64,000 nucleotides of DNA from Vampirovibrio sp. (GCA_050916035.1 CP050876.1:135923-199922); one strand, 5' to 3'; positions 39,017 through 49,755 are shown, numbered from the stretch's first letter. Numbers and translations are program-made. Notes: generated by a model from the letters alone, not told the origin.

Positions 39017-40714
39017 CTATCTTGGCGCTTGTGGATTCGGTAAAATCTTCAGATATCGGTCCGGTTCAGCCCCCACCGATACCGAAAGCAAATTGAATTT
39101 TTCAACATGGTCATGCTGTAAGCGACGCACATAAGAGCGTCGAGGTTCAAGTGCGTAAGGCGCTTGCGTTTGCAACACGATTTGAATCCCTGCTTCTACT
39201 TCTTCTAAGGCCGTTCCAATCTCATCATTTGGGGAATCTCCCTGCCCTTCATGCGCTGATTTCACCCACGCAAAAAAGCCATTTTCTTCCGTCCCATTCA
39301 TCCGTAGCTGAGCCAAAATACGTTGCCCTAAATCGGTAGTTTCTAAGGCTTCGCGTAAACCTCGCTGAATTTGGGACATGGTATTGGTTTTGGTATAAAA
39401 ACAAGGGACTTCAAAGTCTAAGGCCATACGAAGGACTTTGGCGCCAGGACGGGCATGCCCGCGTAAAGCCAATACCGCATGAGCCTCATGCATTTGTGTC
39501 GTCAGGTGAATCAGGTGCTGTAGCTGTAAACGTTCTAAAATACGTTCCACAAAGCTTTTCGTCACGGCATATAAAAAGAGATTAAACGGCTGAATACACG
39601 CTTCTTGAATGGGTTTGTGAGTCAGGCGGGGGGCATCAGAACTAGCCATTTTTATACGGTGGTCCAAATGAGTGGGATCCATCACTCCTTTGAGATCCGT
39701 ACTTAAAATTTTAATCTCGCCGTTGGCGTCTGTTTTTCGAATTTCAGGGTTCACGGCAAAGCCTCGTAGCATATCATCCACCGTTTTACCCACGTCCAAA
39801 TACACGGCAAAGGTATTTTTATCTCGCAATTCAATCGCCACTTCAAACGTGGGAGATTTTTCACGCTCTAAAATAGTTTTTTGCGTGGCACGTCGACGCG
39901 CTTCTTCATCCCCCAAGGTGACACTTTGAATGCCACCAATTAAATCACTTAACACGGGATTTTTAATCAAATTTTCAAGTTTGGTTCCATGCGCTGTGGC
40001 AATTAAACTCACCCCACGCTCCGCAATGGTGCGTGCCGCTTGCGCTTCGGCTTCTGTCCCGATTTCGTCAATCACAATAACTTCAGGCATGTGATTTTCA
40101 ACCGCTTCAATCATTATGTTTTCTTGTTCTAAAGGCGTGCGCACTTGCATACGTCTGGCTCGACCCACCACAGGGTGAGGGATATCCCCATCCCCCGCAA
40201 TTTCATTAGAGGTATCCACAATCACCACACGTTTACGATGTTCATTGGCCAAGACTTTGGCCATTTCTCTAAGCTTTGTTGTTTTCCCTACGCCTGGGCG
40301 TCCCAATAAGAGAATACTCTTGCCTGTTGCCAAGATATCAGCAATGGCTTCAATGGTTCCCAATAGAACACGCCCGACACGACACGTCAAACCCACCACC
40401 GCCCCTTGTCGATTACGAATCGCACTAATACGGTGCAGCGTTCGCGTAATTCCTGAGCGATTATCCGCAGAAAAAGGACTAATATGCTGAAGAATATGAT
40501 CGATATCCGCCTGTGTAATAGGGGAATCCCCCACTTCCCTAAAGGTTCCATCCAGCAAACGAATTTCCGCAGGACGCCCTAAGTCCAACACAATTTCAAC
40601 CAAATAAGGAATTTCTTCCGCCTGAATCGCCACTTGAATCGAATGAGGCATAATGGCTAACAGCAACTGTGTTTCGCTCGTGTTATGGGTATCTTGAGTA
40701 TTAGATTCAGGCAA
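39017..40714 (-). CDS. Ycf45/SpoIIIAA-like AAA ATPase with C-terminal R3H domain
   Basis: LDLGR, LHRISAIRNR, GRPGVGKTT, DTSNEIAGDG, ENHMPEVIVIDEIG, RRLQH; TTG start with AAAGGAGG RBS. Confidence 0.92.
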   Translation of the reverse strand: MPESNTQDTHNTSETQLLLAIMPHSIQVAIQAEEIPYLVEIVLDLGRPAEIRLLDGTFREVGDSPITQADIDHILQHISPFSADNRSGITRTLHRISAIRNRQGAVVGLTCRVGRVLLGTIEAIADILATGKSILLLGRPGVGKTTKLREMAKVLANEHRKRVVIVDTSNEIAGDGDIPHPVVGRARRMQVRTPLEQENIMIEAVENHMPEVIVIDEIGTEAEAQAARTIAERGVSLIATAHGTKLENLIKNPVLSDLIGGIQSVTLGDEEARRRATQKTILEREKSPTFEVAIELRDKNTFAVYLDVGKTVDDMLRGFAVNPEIRKTDANGEIKILSTDLKGVMDPTHLDHRIKMASSDAPRLTHKPIQEACIQPFNLFLYAVTKSFVERILERLQLQHLIHLTTQMHEAHAVLALRGHARPGAKVLRMALDFEVPCFYTKTNTMSQIQRGLREALETTDLGQRILAQLRMNGTEENGFFAWVKSAHEGQGDSPNDEIGTALEEVEAGIQIVLQTQAPYALEPRRSYVRRLQHDHVEKFNLLSVSVGAEPDRYLKILPNPQAPR

Positions 40715-41227
40715 GGGAAACCCTCCTTTTTGGACGGTGGCCTCGTCATGACGAAAAACAGCCACCTCTATATTAGGACAGTATAACGAATTTTTTGATC
40801 TTTGTGGAGTCTTTCAAAAGCCCCTATTTAAAAGAGGACCACTTGTGCTTAAATACTACTACGATTGTTTTTATAACAAATGTAAATAATTATTAAGATA
40901 AAGTCTTTTTTTTAAAACTTGGCGTATGATAAACAGTGTGAGTTGGTTTACATGATTGTGATGGGTTACTTTCAAAGGTAACTTTTCATTTTAAAAAATT
41001 GGTGTATACTGATAAAACTCACCTTTGTTTGAGGTCGTTTGTTTGAAGGAGATTTGATCTTAAGGTTGATGTGATAAGTGGCGCTATCCTCTATTATGAT
41101 GATATAGTTTATGCACTAAGCGTTTAAAGTAAAATCTATGTTACTGTACAGTTTCAATATAGATTTTTATGAGAGAGTAAATTTAGCACCTTAACCTTTC
41201 AACTAACACTGCGGAGACCTTATAATT

Positions 41228-41581
41228 ATGTTGAACTCTATTCAATCTTCACGTTTGGGTTTAAGCAACACTGTAGCCTCTGCTACAACATCGACCCTTC
41301 CTTCAGAAGCACTGGTCAAGCTAACGCCTGCTCCCCTTAAAACCTTTGAAGGCGCAGAATCCATTTTTATTTCAGAAGAAGCACGATCTAAAGTGGAAAA
41401 TGACGCCGAAACCTTAAAATTTGTTCGAAAGATACAAGCCGATGTTCAAGCCTCCCCAACACATGACCGTTTTCTTGAACTGAAGTCACAATTACAAAGT
41501 CCAGAAGGTCTAAACCAGTATTTTGATTCCCTCGACAATAACGCCATTGTGAATACCTTATTAGAAGAAAAGCTCGTTTAG
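41228..41581 (+). CDS. FlgM-like anti-sigma-28 factor candidate
   Basis: 117 aa; IFISEEAR, RFLELKSQL..G..Y and AIVNTLL follow the FlgM pattern. Confidence 0.5.
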   Translation: MLNSIQSSRLGLSNTVASATTSTLPSEALVKLTPAPLKTFEGAESIFISEEARSKVENDAETLKFVRKIQADVQASPTHDRFLELKSQLQSPEGLNQYFDSLDNNAIVNTLLEEKLV

Positions 41582-41613
41582 ATTTTTTAGTTTACCTTAG
41601 AGAGAAAAGCCAG

Positions 41614-41649
41614 AACCCTGTGATACTTCGGTACCACAGGGGTTTTTTT
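41614..41649 (+). terminator. Intrinsic terminator
   Basis: CCCTGTGATAC-TTCG-GTACCACAGGGG-T7. Confidence 0.85.
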
Positions 41650-41785
41650 ATGCTGTTTTAAATCCCCTAATGTGGCGACTTTATTATTGCAAATCCTGAA
41701 AAAATGAGAGATTAAGTCCCCCAAATTGATGACTCCCCTGAAGGGCTCCCGCCTGTTGTACGATACAACGCTTATGTGAAGTGAT

Positions 41786-41935
41786 TGTTATGATCGACTT
41801 CTGTCCGTAAAGCATGGATGCCTTTACGCTCGATGTCACCGCTTGAAGGATGAATAGGACTCATTCCTTCAAGCGGACGTTATTTTATTTCTAGTCACAT
41901 CGCTTTATCTCTCAGGCGACAAAGGGGCATCCAAT
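41786..41935 (+). promoter_or_regulatory. Structured leader / candidate attenuator of the TPR gene
   Basis: Extended -10 TGtTATGAT; hairpin CCGCTTGAAGGA..TCCTTCAAGCGG plus T-tract; GGATGCCTTT complementary to the SD region AAAGGGGCATCC. Confidence 0.45.
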
Positions 41936-43564
41936 ATGACTTTGCCATATTCTCATCATTCAGCAGCATCTCATCGTAAGACGGATCATCCGCTCTCCGT
42001 AACCAGTAGTGCAAAAATGGGGTTTCAGCCACTTACGAATATCGTTTCTGAAGCACAGGCTCATCAAGTATGGGGCAAGCTCTTAGACAAACCCTTGACG
42101 TCTTATCTCCAAAATCTTCTACATTTTTATGAAAAACAAGGTCACCACTTACTCTCTTCGGGACTACATCAGGGACGACACACATGGGCCAAATGGCTTA
42201 ATGGAGATATCGTTTTAATGGAAGGTTTGGGAAGCTTTCAACGGATTGTGGAAGCCAATCCCCACAGTCCAGAAGCATGGCATTTCTTAGCCTTTTTCCA
42301 GTGGGAATGTGGTTTGAAGGAACCCGCACAAGCATCCGCTCAAGAAGCCTTACGATGCTCGTCTCTTCTCAACACCCAGACCCGTACTTTACTGGCCACA
42401 TGGAGGCTCGGCGAACACGGCGTATTTAACACGTTGTGGCATTATGGGCTCCCCTTATTTATCGGTGAAGTGCTTTCCCCCCTAAGGCATAGTATCGGGA
42501 TGAATCGCTTAGGCAGCTCCTTCCACATTCAAACGGCCCTAACAGGTGGTGATGAAACGTTCAGCGACGCGGACTACCCTGATTTTATGAAATCCCCCCG
42601 ACGGGTGAGGCCAAGCCATAGCACCCTTTCATCAGACACGGTGGAGTTCCCCTTAATGTCATTTAAAGACAAAGTATTTGACACGCCTGAAGAAAACGAA
42701 ATCACCGCCTTGTTAAATGCGGGCCATATCGACCAAGCCATCAGCGTCTTAGAAGCTCGTATTGCCTTATCTCCTGAAGTAGGTGAAACTCATTTTGAAG
42801 TGGCCAAACTCTATCAAAATGAAGGCATGCTCATGAAGGCGCTCTACCATTTGCGTATGGCTTTAAATGCAATGCCTCATCACGCCAAGAGCTATTACCA
42901 CATGGGTGAAGTGCTCAAAAGCATGAATGATATTGACGGTTGTATTGAAGCCTACAAAACAGCGATTACCTTTGCTGTTGATCCACTCTGGACGGCACAA
43001 GTGTCTCGTCAGTTGGCACGGATCTATGAGCAGGACAAAGGAGATATGGATCACGCCTTGGCCTGCATGCAATTGGCGCAGGAACTTGAGCCAGAAAACA
43101 TTAATGACTTGTTCATGGTGGCAGAAGCCCACTGTAAGCATGAACGTTATGACGCTGCAGTGGAAACGTACCAAAAAATTATTCAATTTCAACCTGAAAA
43201 TGCAGAAGTCTATGGATTTTTAGGCTATCTCTACTGGCAGGCCAACCGCTACCACGAAGCAGAAAATGCTTATAAAAAGGCCATTACCTTTAATCAACAT
43301 AACCCTATTGCCTTGAATAATTTGGGGGTGCTTTACCTCGATGTTTGGGAAGACGCGAATGAAGCGCGTACCTATTTTGAGCAAGCCAAGCGTTTAGATG
43401 GGTCTTACGCCATGGCGCGTTTTAATCTGGGACGGACTTTCTTAAAACGAGGGGAACCCCATTTGGCCAAACCTTTTTTAGAAGAAGCCTTACGCCTGAA
43501 TCATGTGAGTGATGAATTGGCTCCCGCGGATCTTGAAGCGCTTCTACGTGGCTTAGACCTTTAA
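41936..43564 (+). CDS. Tetratricopeptide repeat protein
   Basis: Multiple 34-aa TPR units, e.g. AEVYGFLGYLYWQANRYHEAENAYKKAITFNQ, ALNNLG, ARFNLG. Confidence 0.9.
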   Translation: MTLPYSHHSAASHRKTDHPLSVTSSAKMGFQPLTNIVSEAQAHQVWGKLLDKPLTSYLQNLLHFYEKQGHHLLSSGLHQGRHTWAKWLNGDIVLMEGLGSFQRIVEANPHSPEAWHFLAFFQWECGLKEPAQASAQEALRCSSLLNTQTRTLLATWRLGEHGVFNTLWHYGLPLFIGEVLSPLRHSIGMNRLGSSFHIQTALTGGDETFSDADYPDFMKSPRRVRPSHSTLSSDTVEFPLMSFKDKVFDTPEENEITALLNAGHIDQAISVLEARIALSPEVGETHFEVAKLYQNEGMLMKALYHLRMALNAMPHHAKSYYHMGEVLKSMNDIDGCIEAYKTAITFAVDPLWTAQVSRQLARIYEQDKGDMDHALACMQLAQELEPENINDLFMVAEAHCKHERYDAAVETYQKIIQFQPENAEVYGFLGYLYWQANRYHEAENAYKKAITFNQHNPIALNNLGVLYLDVWEDANEARTYFEQAKRLDGSYAMARFNLGRTFLKRGEPHLAKPFLEEALRLNHVSDELAPADLEALLRGLDL

Positions 43565-43585
43565 AAAATATTTCGACATGATCTT

Positions 43586-43618
43586 ATGACCGTTTCCGCT
43601 TCTGCGTGAGACGGTCAT
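43586..43618 (+). terminator. Stem-loop after the TPR gene
   Basis: ATGACCGT...ACGGTCAT. Confidence 0.45.
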
Positions 43619-43781
43619 CAATCTTAGTAAACGCCTTCGATGAGACGACCCCACCTAGGGTCGGCCTGTAAACGATTCGATCCGATTCATAAAAAACATG
43701 CAAAACACACGATTGTTTTAAATAGTGTTATACTGGTGACATTCGCTTATGCTATTTTAAACGTTGAAAAGGATCTATTTC

Positions 43782-44267
43782 ATGACACAATTTCAATCTA
43801 AAATCACGTTGTCGCTTATGTTGATGGCGTTGCTATTTCAGGTCACGGCTCACGCAGCGGCACCTCTTAACAGTTCTATGATTAAACCGATCACCGTCAG
43901 TTCGACTCAATTGGTGAAAGAACCCAGTACTTATCTTAAAAAACAAGTGGCATTTACGGGCGTTATTGCAGGATTCAGTGCCTTGGGTCTGAACTATCCC
44001 CCCATCAAACATGATGTGAAAGACTATGTGACCCTTTTACTGTATCGTGCCGATGTTCCTCCTCAGTATGAAATCCCTTTAAGTGAACTGAAGATTTTTG
44101 TCAACCGTCGTCTATTGAAAAACATTAAACGCATTGGACAAGGGGACACGGTTAAAGTCACAGGCACCATTATTTCGACGGCTTTGGGGGATGCATGGCT
44201 TGAAGCGTCTCAACTCACCGTGATTAAATCCGTCCAAGAAGCGGATAAAAATTTAGACGACGAATAA
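43782..44267 (+). CDS. Secreted protein, probable OB fold
   Basis: Signal peptide (AHA); VAFTGVI and GDTVKVTGTI pattern. Confidence 0.7.
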   Translation: MTQFQSKITLSLMLMALLFQVTAHAAAPLNSSMIKPITVSSTQLVKEPSTYLKKQVAFTGVIAGFSALGLNYPPIKHDVKDYVTLLLYRADVPPQYEIPLSELKIFVNRRLLKNIKRIGQGDTVKVTGTIISTALGDAWLEASQLTVIKSVQEADKNLDDE

Positions 44268-44282
44268 GGGTTTTTCACGATT

Positions 44283-45596
44283 ATGGCGATCTTATCTCGT
44301 TTGTTTCGCTACGTTTTCACAGGGGGGAATGATGCCTTTAGTCCACGGTTCTGGGAGTGGGTGGATGTTACGTGGGACGAAAGTTCAGGTCGCTTATTAA
44401 AGTGTCATCCGCTTAAAGAACTTCCTTTTGAAGGAGATGCGGTACAAGAAGCGTCTCGCTTAGCCATGACACCCGCTTTTGTCAATGCACATACCCATTT
44501 AGACTTATGGTCTGAATCGCCTATTGAAGTGAGAGACGGCGAAAGCATGGTCCATTGGTTGCAACGGGTCAATGCCTCTCGTGCCTCCGACACGGCGGAA
44601 GACGTCCTTAATCGCGTACAGACCTCTATCCAAGCCCTACGTCAAAGCGGCACGGGCACCGTCGCGGACATTACCCAAAGCCCAGAAACACTCATTGAAA
44701 TCGATCAAGCCTGTTTACAAGGGTCTGTTGCACTAGAATATTTTCATCCCTCTCCTTGGGAGGAAGAAAGTTCTCCCTTGCGCATGCTTGCCTTTTATGA
44801 ACGTTGGCAACGCATCCAACGATTTAGGCAAGAAATGAATCTTCCTTCTACGCTTGAAGTGGGGATTTCTCCGCATAGTCCTTATAATGTTTCCCTTAAT
44901 GCGTGGCAAGCCATTCATAATGCCTTAAAGCCCAAAGTGATTCATAGTCACCTGGCCGAATTTCAAGCTGAACTGGACTACTTCACGGGGAAGGACCGTC
45001 AAGCGATTGATGATTTACATCGCTCTACCGTGAATCAAAGCTTTATTCCCCAAGACACCTTTCTGGATTATCTTCAGCCCCAAGTCTGGGCTCCCCAAGA
45101 CACGTTGCCTACCCCACTCGCCATTATCGCACACGGTAGCCTGCTAACCCCCAAGCAAGTACAAGCCTTTTACAAGGGGCACCCTCATAGTGTCTTGGTC
45201 ACCTGTCCGCGTTCAAACTTATTCCTACATGGTTGCACCTTATATACAGATGTCCCCTTTGAAACAGAAATACCGGTCATTTTAGGTACAGACAGTGCCA
45301 TGAGCTGCCCCAGTTTAGATATACGAGACGAAGTCAAAGCTTACCAAGACCACCATGGTATTCAGTTGACTCCGTTTGAAGCCTTGGCTCTAATCACCAG
45401 TAAGGCCAGCAAGGCCTTAGGCCTAGGAGCCGATTTGGGGAAACTAGAAAGGGGGTATTTCAACCATGCCGCCATTTGGGACATACCGCCTGAAGCCACT
45501 GAAAATGCAGCGTCTGTTTTAGCTTCTATTTTGGATGCTCAAAAAAGCCCACAGGTCCATCAACTGATTTTACAAGGTCGTGTACAGTCCCTTTAA
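44283..45596 (+). CDS. Metal-dependent amidohydrolase/deaminase (aminodeoxyfutalosine deaminase-like)
   Basis: FVNAHTHLD, SPHSPY, HSHLAE, CPRSN, LGTDS. Confidence 0.82.
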   Translation: MAILSRLFRYVFTGGNDAFSPRFWEWVDVTWDESSGRLLKCHPLKELPFEGDAVQEASRLAMTPAFVNAHTHLDLWSESPIEVRDGESMVHWLQRVNASRASDTAEDVLNRVQTSIQALRQSGTGTVADITQSPETLIEIDQACLQGSVALEYFHPSPWEEESSPLRMLAFYERWQRIQRFRQEMNLPSTLEVGISPHSPYNVSLNAWQAIHNALKPKVIHSHLAEFQAELDYFTGKDRQAIDDLHRSTVNQSFIPQDTFLDYLQPQVWAPQDTLPTPLAIIAHGSLLTPKQVQAFYKGHPHSVLVTCPRSNLFLHGCTLYTDVPFETEIPVILGTDSAMSCPSLDIRDEVKAYQDHHGIQLTPFEALALITSKASKALGLGADLGKLERGYFNHAAIWDIPPEATENAASVLASILDAQKSPQVHQLILQGRVQSL

Positions 45597-46381
45597 AATG
45601 TAGACACCGTAGAAGACGTCAATAGCTCTTCACACAAGGCTTGTAAGACTGAACTCAAGCTTAAATTGAGATTCACGTCGTCATTCATCAGGTACATGGC
45701 ATCAGTCGGCAGATGAACATCCGTTTTAATGGTCGTATTGGGTAAAGTTCTCACCAGTTCGACGGCTTCTTCACCCAAGGCTTCAATCAACTGTAACTGA
45801 ACCGGATGAATCAAAAGCGTCATATCTCCCTTTAACGCATGCATATGAATGGCTTGCTTCCACGCTTCCACTAAAATATGTTGAGGAATCCGCTGCCACA
45901 CCGCCGCAGACGCTTCTTTTAAAATTAAAGACATTAAATGAACGGCCTTGGCTTCCACCTGTTCTAAGCGTTGGCCTTCAATACGTTTGGCGTTTTCTAA
46001 TAGCGCCTGTGCCACCTGAAGGAGTTCCATGGTTTCTACCGCGGCCGCTTCATAGCCTTGGGACAAGCCCGCTTCATAGCCTTCGTCATAGCCTTTTTTT
46101 TGAGCCTCTTCTTGAAGAGGGACCAATTCAGTTCGTATTTCAAGTTCAATGGCGTCGGCTCGTTTATAGGCTTTTTCAACCAACGCGCGAGCCTCTTGAC
46201 TTGATTTTTCCTGTAAGGCCTCCGCTTCTTTTTGAATGTCTTCCATAATGGAGGCTCTGGTTTTATGGGCGTCCGTCAAAAGAATTTTAAGATCTCGAAG
46301 CGCCGCTTCTTCCATGGGTCGAATGATATCGAGCTCAACGGCTTCCCCTAGGGTGACTTGCTTAAACACCTTGTCTTTCAT
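45593..46381 (-). CDS. fliH: Flagellar assembly protein FliH
   Basis: AxxxG(xxxG) repeats AQKKGYDEGYEAGLSQGY, LIHP motif, directly downstream of fliG. Confidence 0.8.
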   Translation of the reverse strand: MKDKVFKQVTLGEAVELDIIRPMEEAALRDLKILLTDAHKTRASIMEDIQKEAEALQEKSSQEARALVEKAYKRADAIELEIRTELVPLQEEAQKKGYDEGYEAGLSQGYEAAAVETMELLQVAQALLENAKRIEGQRLEQVEAKAVHLMSLILKEASAAVWQRIPQHILVEAWKQAIHMHALKGDMTLLIHPVQLQLIEALGEEAVELVRTLPNTTIKTDVHLPTDAMYLMNDDVNLNLSLSSVLQALCEELLTSSTVSTF

Positions 46382-46465
46382 GTCGCCCTTTCTCTCTCAT
46401 CCTCTTCCACAGGATTACTTAATACCATGGATTACTTTATTTTTTAATACGCAAGAAACAAATCC

Positions 46466-47506
46466 TTAGGTAATGTAACTGTCTTCATCCTTACTGCGTG
46501 CGATTTGAATTTCACCCGCCGCTTCAAGTCCACGAATAACCCCAACAATCATGGTTTGCTTTTCTGAAACATCCTTGGCTCGAACCGCACCCATAAATTC
46601 CATATCATCTTTTAGCATGGCCGAAGCACGTTCCGACATATTGGCAAAAACAATTTGTTGAACCTCTTCTTTCGCACCCTTTAAGGCCAAGGCCAAATCC
46701 TTGGTTTCTACTTCGCGCAAAATACGTTGAACCGTTCGGCCATCGAGATTGGCTAAATCTTCGAATACAAACATCAAGCCACGAATGGTTTCTGCCATTT
46801 CAGGGTCACGCATTTCCATGTTATCCAAAATTGATTTTTCGGTGGTACGGTCGCTGTAATTCAGAATTTCAGCCAACGATTCCACACCACCTGTTTGCGT
46901 AAAGTCACCCGTCATGACATTAGAAAACTTCATTTCCATAATGGTTTCTACTTCACGCAATACATCTGGATTGGTGCGGTCCATGACCGCAATACGAGAG
47001 GCAATTTCCACTTGTAATTCAGGGGACAATAAAGACAAAATCGATGCGGAGCGCTCGGGTTGTAAATAAGACAAGACCAAAGCCACCAATTGTGGATTTT
47101 CATTCTGAAAGGAAGAGGCCAATTGAGTCGGATCCACCTTGTTAAAGAATTCAAACGGCGTATTTTGCATCGACTGTACCAGTTTTTCTAGAATTTTAGA
47201 CGCCCGTTCTTCTCCTAAGGAATCCGTTAATATTTCTCTTGCATACGATACCCCACCCGACACTAAATACCCTTGCGCTTCAAACAACACATAAAATTCC
47301 GTCAACACTTCGGTAAATACTTCTGGTGCCACATAATCCATGGACGCAATATGAAAGGCCAACCGTTCAACTTCTGCTTCATCTTTAATATGCTTCATCA
47401 CTTCAGCCGCCGTCCCAGGCCCCAAGGAAATCAATAGACAGGCCACTTTGTGAACATACGTCAATTGTTCAATACTTGTAATTTGAGTTTTAGCTTCTTT
47501 GGCCAT
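46466..47506 (-). CDS. fliG: Flagellar motor switch protein
   Basis: GGVSYAREIL, ENPQLVALVLSYL, GGVESLAEILN, MFVFEDL, NMSERAS. Confidence 0.97.
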   Translation of the reverse strand: MAKEAKTQITSIEQLTYVHKVACLLISLGPGTAAEVMKHIKDEAEVERLAFHIASMDYVAPEVFTEVLTEFYVLFEAQGYLVSGGVSYAREILTDSLGEERASKILEKLVQSMQNTPFEFFNKVDPTQLASSFQNENPQLVALVLSYLQPERSASILSLLSPELQVEIASRIAVMDRTNPDVLREVETIMEMKFSNVMTGDFTQTGGVESLAEILNYSDRTTEKSILDNMEMRDPEMAETIRGLMFVFEDLANLDGRTVQRILREVETKDLALALKGAKEEVQQIVFANMSERASAMLKDDMEFMGAVRAKDVSEKQTMIVGVIRGLEAAGEIQIARSKDEDSYIT

Positions 47507-47759
47507 GACACCTCACGGATCGCTTTAAAAGGGAAGGGGCTTCGTCTGTTTGAGTAGTTTCCTTATTGTAGCTAATTTTTAAGCGCTTGTCTTTCCGTTC
47601 CTTCAAGTGACCTATTTTTAAAATCAGAGGCAAAAAATCATTTATTAGGGGGATAGGTTCAAAAGGGGTTCTAATGCTTTAATAACGACAATGCCTGAAT
47701 GACTTAAAATGGGGATGCAGCCCCCAGAGACTTGCAAAGAGACTAAGGATGCCTACCCC

Positions 47760-49280
47760 ATGATGAATCCCCTATGGCAAAGCCTTCCTATTCACGGACG
47801 CAAGGGTCTTATTCTCGCTAGTCTTATTTTAGGGATGTCAACCACAATTGGACATGCCACCACGATTGAACATATTTCCCTCAACAAAGAAGAGAATGGT
47901 AAGCTTCATATCAACGTCAATGTCTCTGGTAATGCGGCCGAATTCAAGCCCCAAGAACAAGAACATGAAGGCGTTTACACACTGGATTTAGTCGGGAAAA
48001 CGTCGGAACAAGTGCGCTCCACCCCTTTGATTATGGATGCCACCGGACAGCATATTGCACGTTTAAATGTTGAAAGTGGTAAGCTTTCCGTCGTTTTACC
48101 AGGTGTACACACCCAAGATGTACAAGTTCATATGAAATTAAACCCCCTTGACCACTCCACGACCCAATCAAGCGTCCCTCAGTTGTCGACGTTTGCTTTA
48201 AGCCCTCAAGGCTCTCGTTCCCTCATGGACTATCCCCCCTTGGAAGCCGATGTGCATTTAAACGCTTCTTCCCCTTCTAAAAAACTCAAGCCTAAGCTCC
48301 ATGCGTCTCATCACCGTAAAAGAAGTACACCGTTCAAACAACGCTCCTTCTCACCGAGCCCTTCAAAAGCTCAAATGATTCCTTCTTCCGGTTCAGAGGT
48401 ACCAGAAATTGAAACGCCCCGTCAGGAGGAGGTCTCTTCTTCTCAAAATTTAAATGCTGTAGAGACATCTCCTTTGCTCAACAAGGACTCGCTTTTTTCT
48501 GAAGTCCCCGTGACGGAAAGTCTTCCCCCTCTTGAAAATTTACAGGCGGAACCCGCTCCTCCTATAGAAGTGGTTATTGCGCCTGAAGAAGCCTACCAAC
48601 GTTATCTTCGCCTCCCTTGGCAGAGAGAAGACTGGATTAATGCACGTGTAGCTGCCCACTTGACCCAGATAGAAGCCAAACAGTTCAACACCCTTTTATG
48701 GCAAATAGCGATGGTTTTAACAGGCCTGCTGGCCAGTATGGGGGCGGTCATTTTCATCAAAAAAAATCCAAAAGGCTTTAGCCCGTGGCGTCGCAATACG
48801 AAGGTGACCTCCACAGAAACCGCCCCCCCTACCCCCTTTACTGAAGACGACAAACCTTTTGCCAGCTGGTTATTGCCCAACGCCACAGAAGAAGACAGCC
48901 CCACGCCTTCTTTTTTAGAGGAAACGGCTGAAGAAGACCTCATTCCGCTGGATGCGCTTTCAAGCTTAACGGGCAATAGTATTTTTAGCGCCCCCGCTCC
49001 TTCGATGAAGATTCCTTCGCTTGAAGTAGAAGAAGAAGTACCTTTACCCCTCACCGAAGTGAAGCCTATAGATCCCCTCCCTGAAAAAATGAACACCCCT
49101 AAAGTGGGGCAGCTTAAAGCCCCCAGTTATTTTGCCTTTCGTCATCAACAAAGCAGTCGTCAACCCGTCGTGCGTCCCAATACTCTGAAAACGATTACTG
49201 TGCCCCCTCAAAATGCTCCCTCCTTTACAGGTGCATCAACAGAACATTATGAACGTTTAAACCGCGTTCATTTTGGGTAA
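47760..49280 (+). CDS. Hypothetical bitopic membrane protein with N-terminal beta (AMIN-like) domain
   Basis: Signal peptide, beta-rich ~90 aa, Pro/Ser/Glu linker, single TM, disordered tail; divergent from fliG. Confidence 0.7.
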   Translation: MMNPLWQSLPIHGRKGLILASLILGMSTTIGHATTIEHISLNKEENGKLHINVNVSGNAAEFKPQEQEHEGVYTLDLVGKTSEQVRSTPLIMDATGQHIARLNVESGKLSVVLPGVHTQDVQVHMKLNPLDHSTTQSSVPQLSTFALSPQGSRSLMDYPPLEADVHLNASSPSKKLKPKLHASHHRKRSTPFKQRSFSPSPSKAQMIPSSGSEVPEIETPRQEEVSSSQNLNAVETSPLLNKDSLFSEVPVTESLPPLENLQAEPAPPIEVVIAPEEAYQRYLRLPWQREDWINARVAAHLTQIEAKQFNTLLWQIAMVLTGLLASMGAVIFIKKNPKGFSPWRRNTKVTSTETAPPTPFTEDDKPFASWLLPNATEEDSPTPSFLEETAEEDLIPLDALSSLTGNSIFSAPAPSMKIPSLEVEEEVPLPLTEVKPIDPLPEKMNTPKVGQLKAPSYFAFRHQQSSRQPVVRPNTLKTITVPPQNAPSFTGASTEHYERLNRVHFG

Positions 49281-49308
49281 AGACACGATAAAACATGAAA
49301 AACGCCTG

Positions 49309-49665
49309 CTAGGCCATGCCTTGAAAACGGGGTAAACCTTCTGGAGGGAATTGACTACGGCCAAACCCAAATTCATTCAGGCCCCCAAAATTACCAAAGG
49401 TTTGTTGTGGATTAATTTGAGGCGTTTGCTGATAACGATACATTGCAATACTTTGTAAGGCATTGGCCTGTAAGCTTGCAAAAGGCGTGGGAAGGGGCTC
49501 GCCTATTACACTACGTTGCTGAAAGGAAAGTGGCGAATATCTGTCGTTTTGATACGGCGAAAAAGACGCGTATTGGGCTGGAGAAATCGCCATACCTGAT
49601 AAATTATAATTCCAAGGGTAAGCGTTTGAACTGGGTTCACTAAATACGAGATTCATCCCACTCAT
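49309..49665 (-). CDS. Hypothetical low-complexity protein
   Basis: TAAGGA RBS; Gln/Pro/Phe/Ser-rich. Confidence 0.6.
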   Translation of the reverse strand: MSGMNLVFSEPSSNAYPWNYNLSGMAISPAQYASFSPYQNDRYSPLSFQQRSVIGEPLPTPFASLQANALQSIAMYRYQQTPQINPQQTFGNFGGLNEFGFGRSQFPPEGLPRFQGMA

Positions 49666-49755
49666 GTGCGTGTCCTTATGCGTTCATCGTCCCTATAGGT
49701 ATAAAACCCAAAGGATTCAAAACTTGTGCGGAAGACGCTTGTGGACGCCCCATTT

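Noticed and set aside
46050-46110. Repeated CATAGCC units in fliH
   Set aside because: They encode the known GxxxG repeats of FliH.
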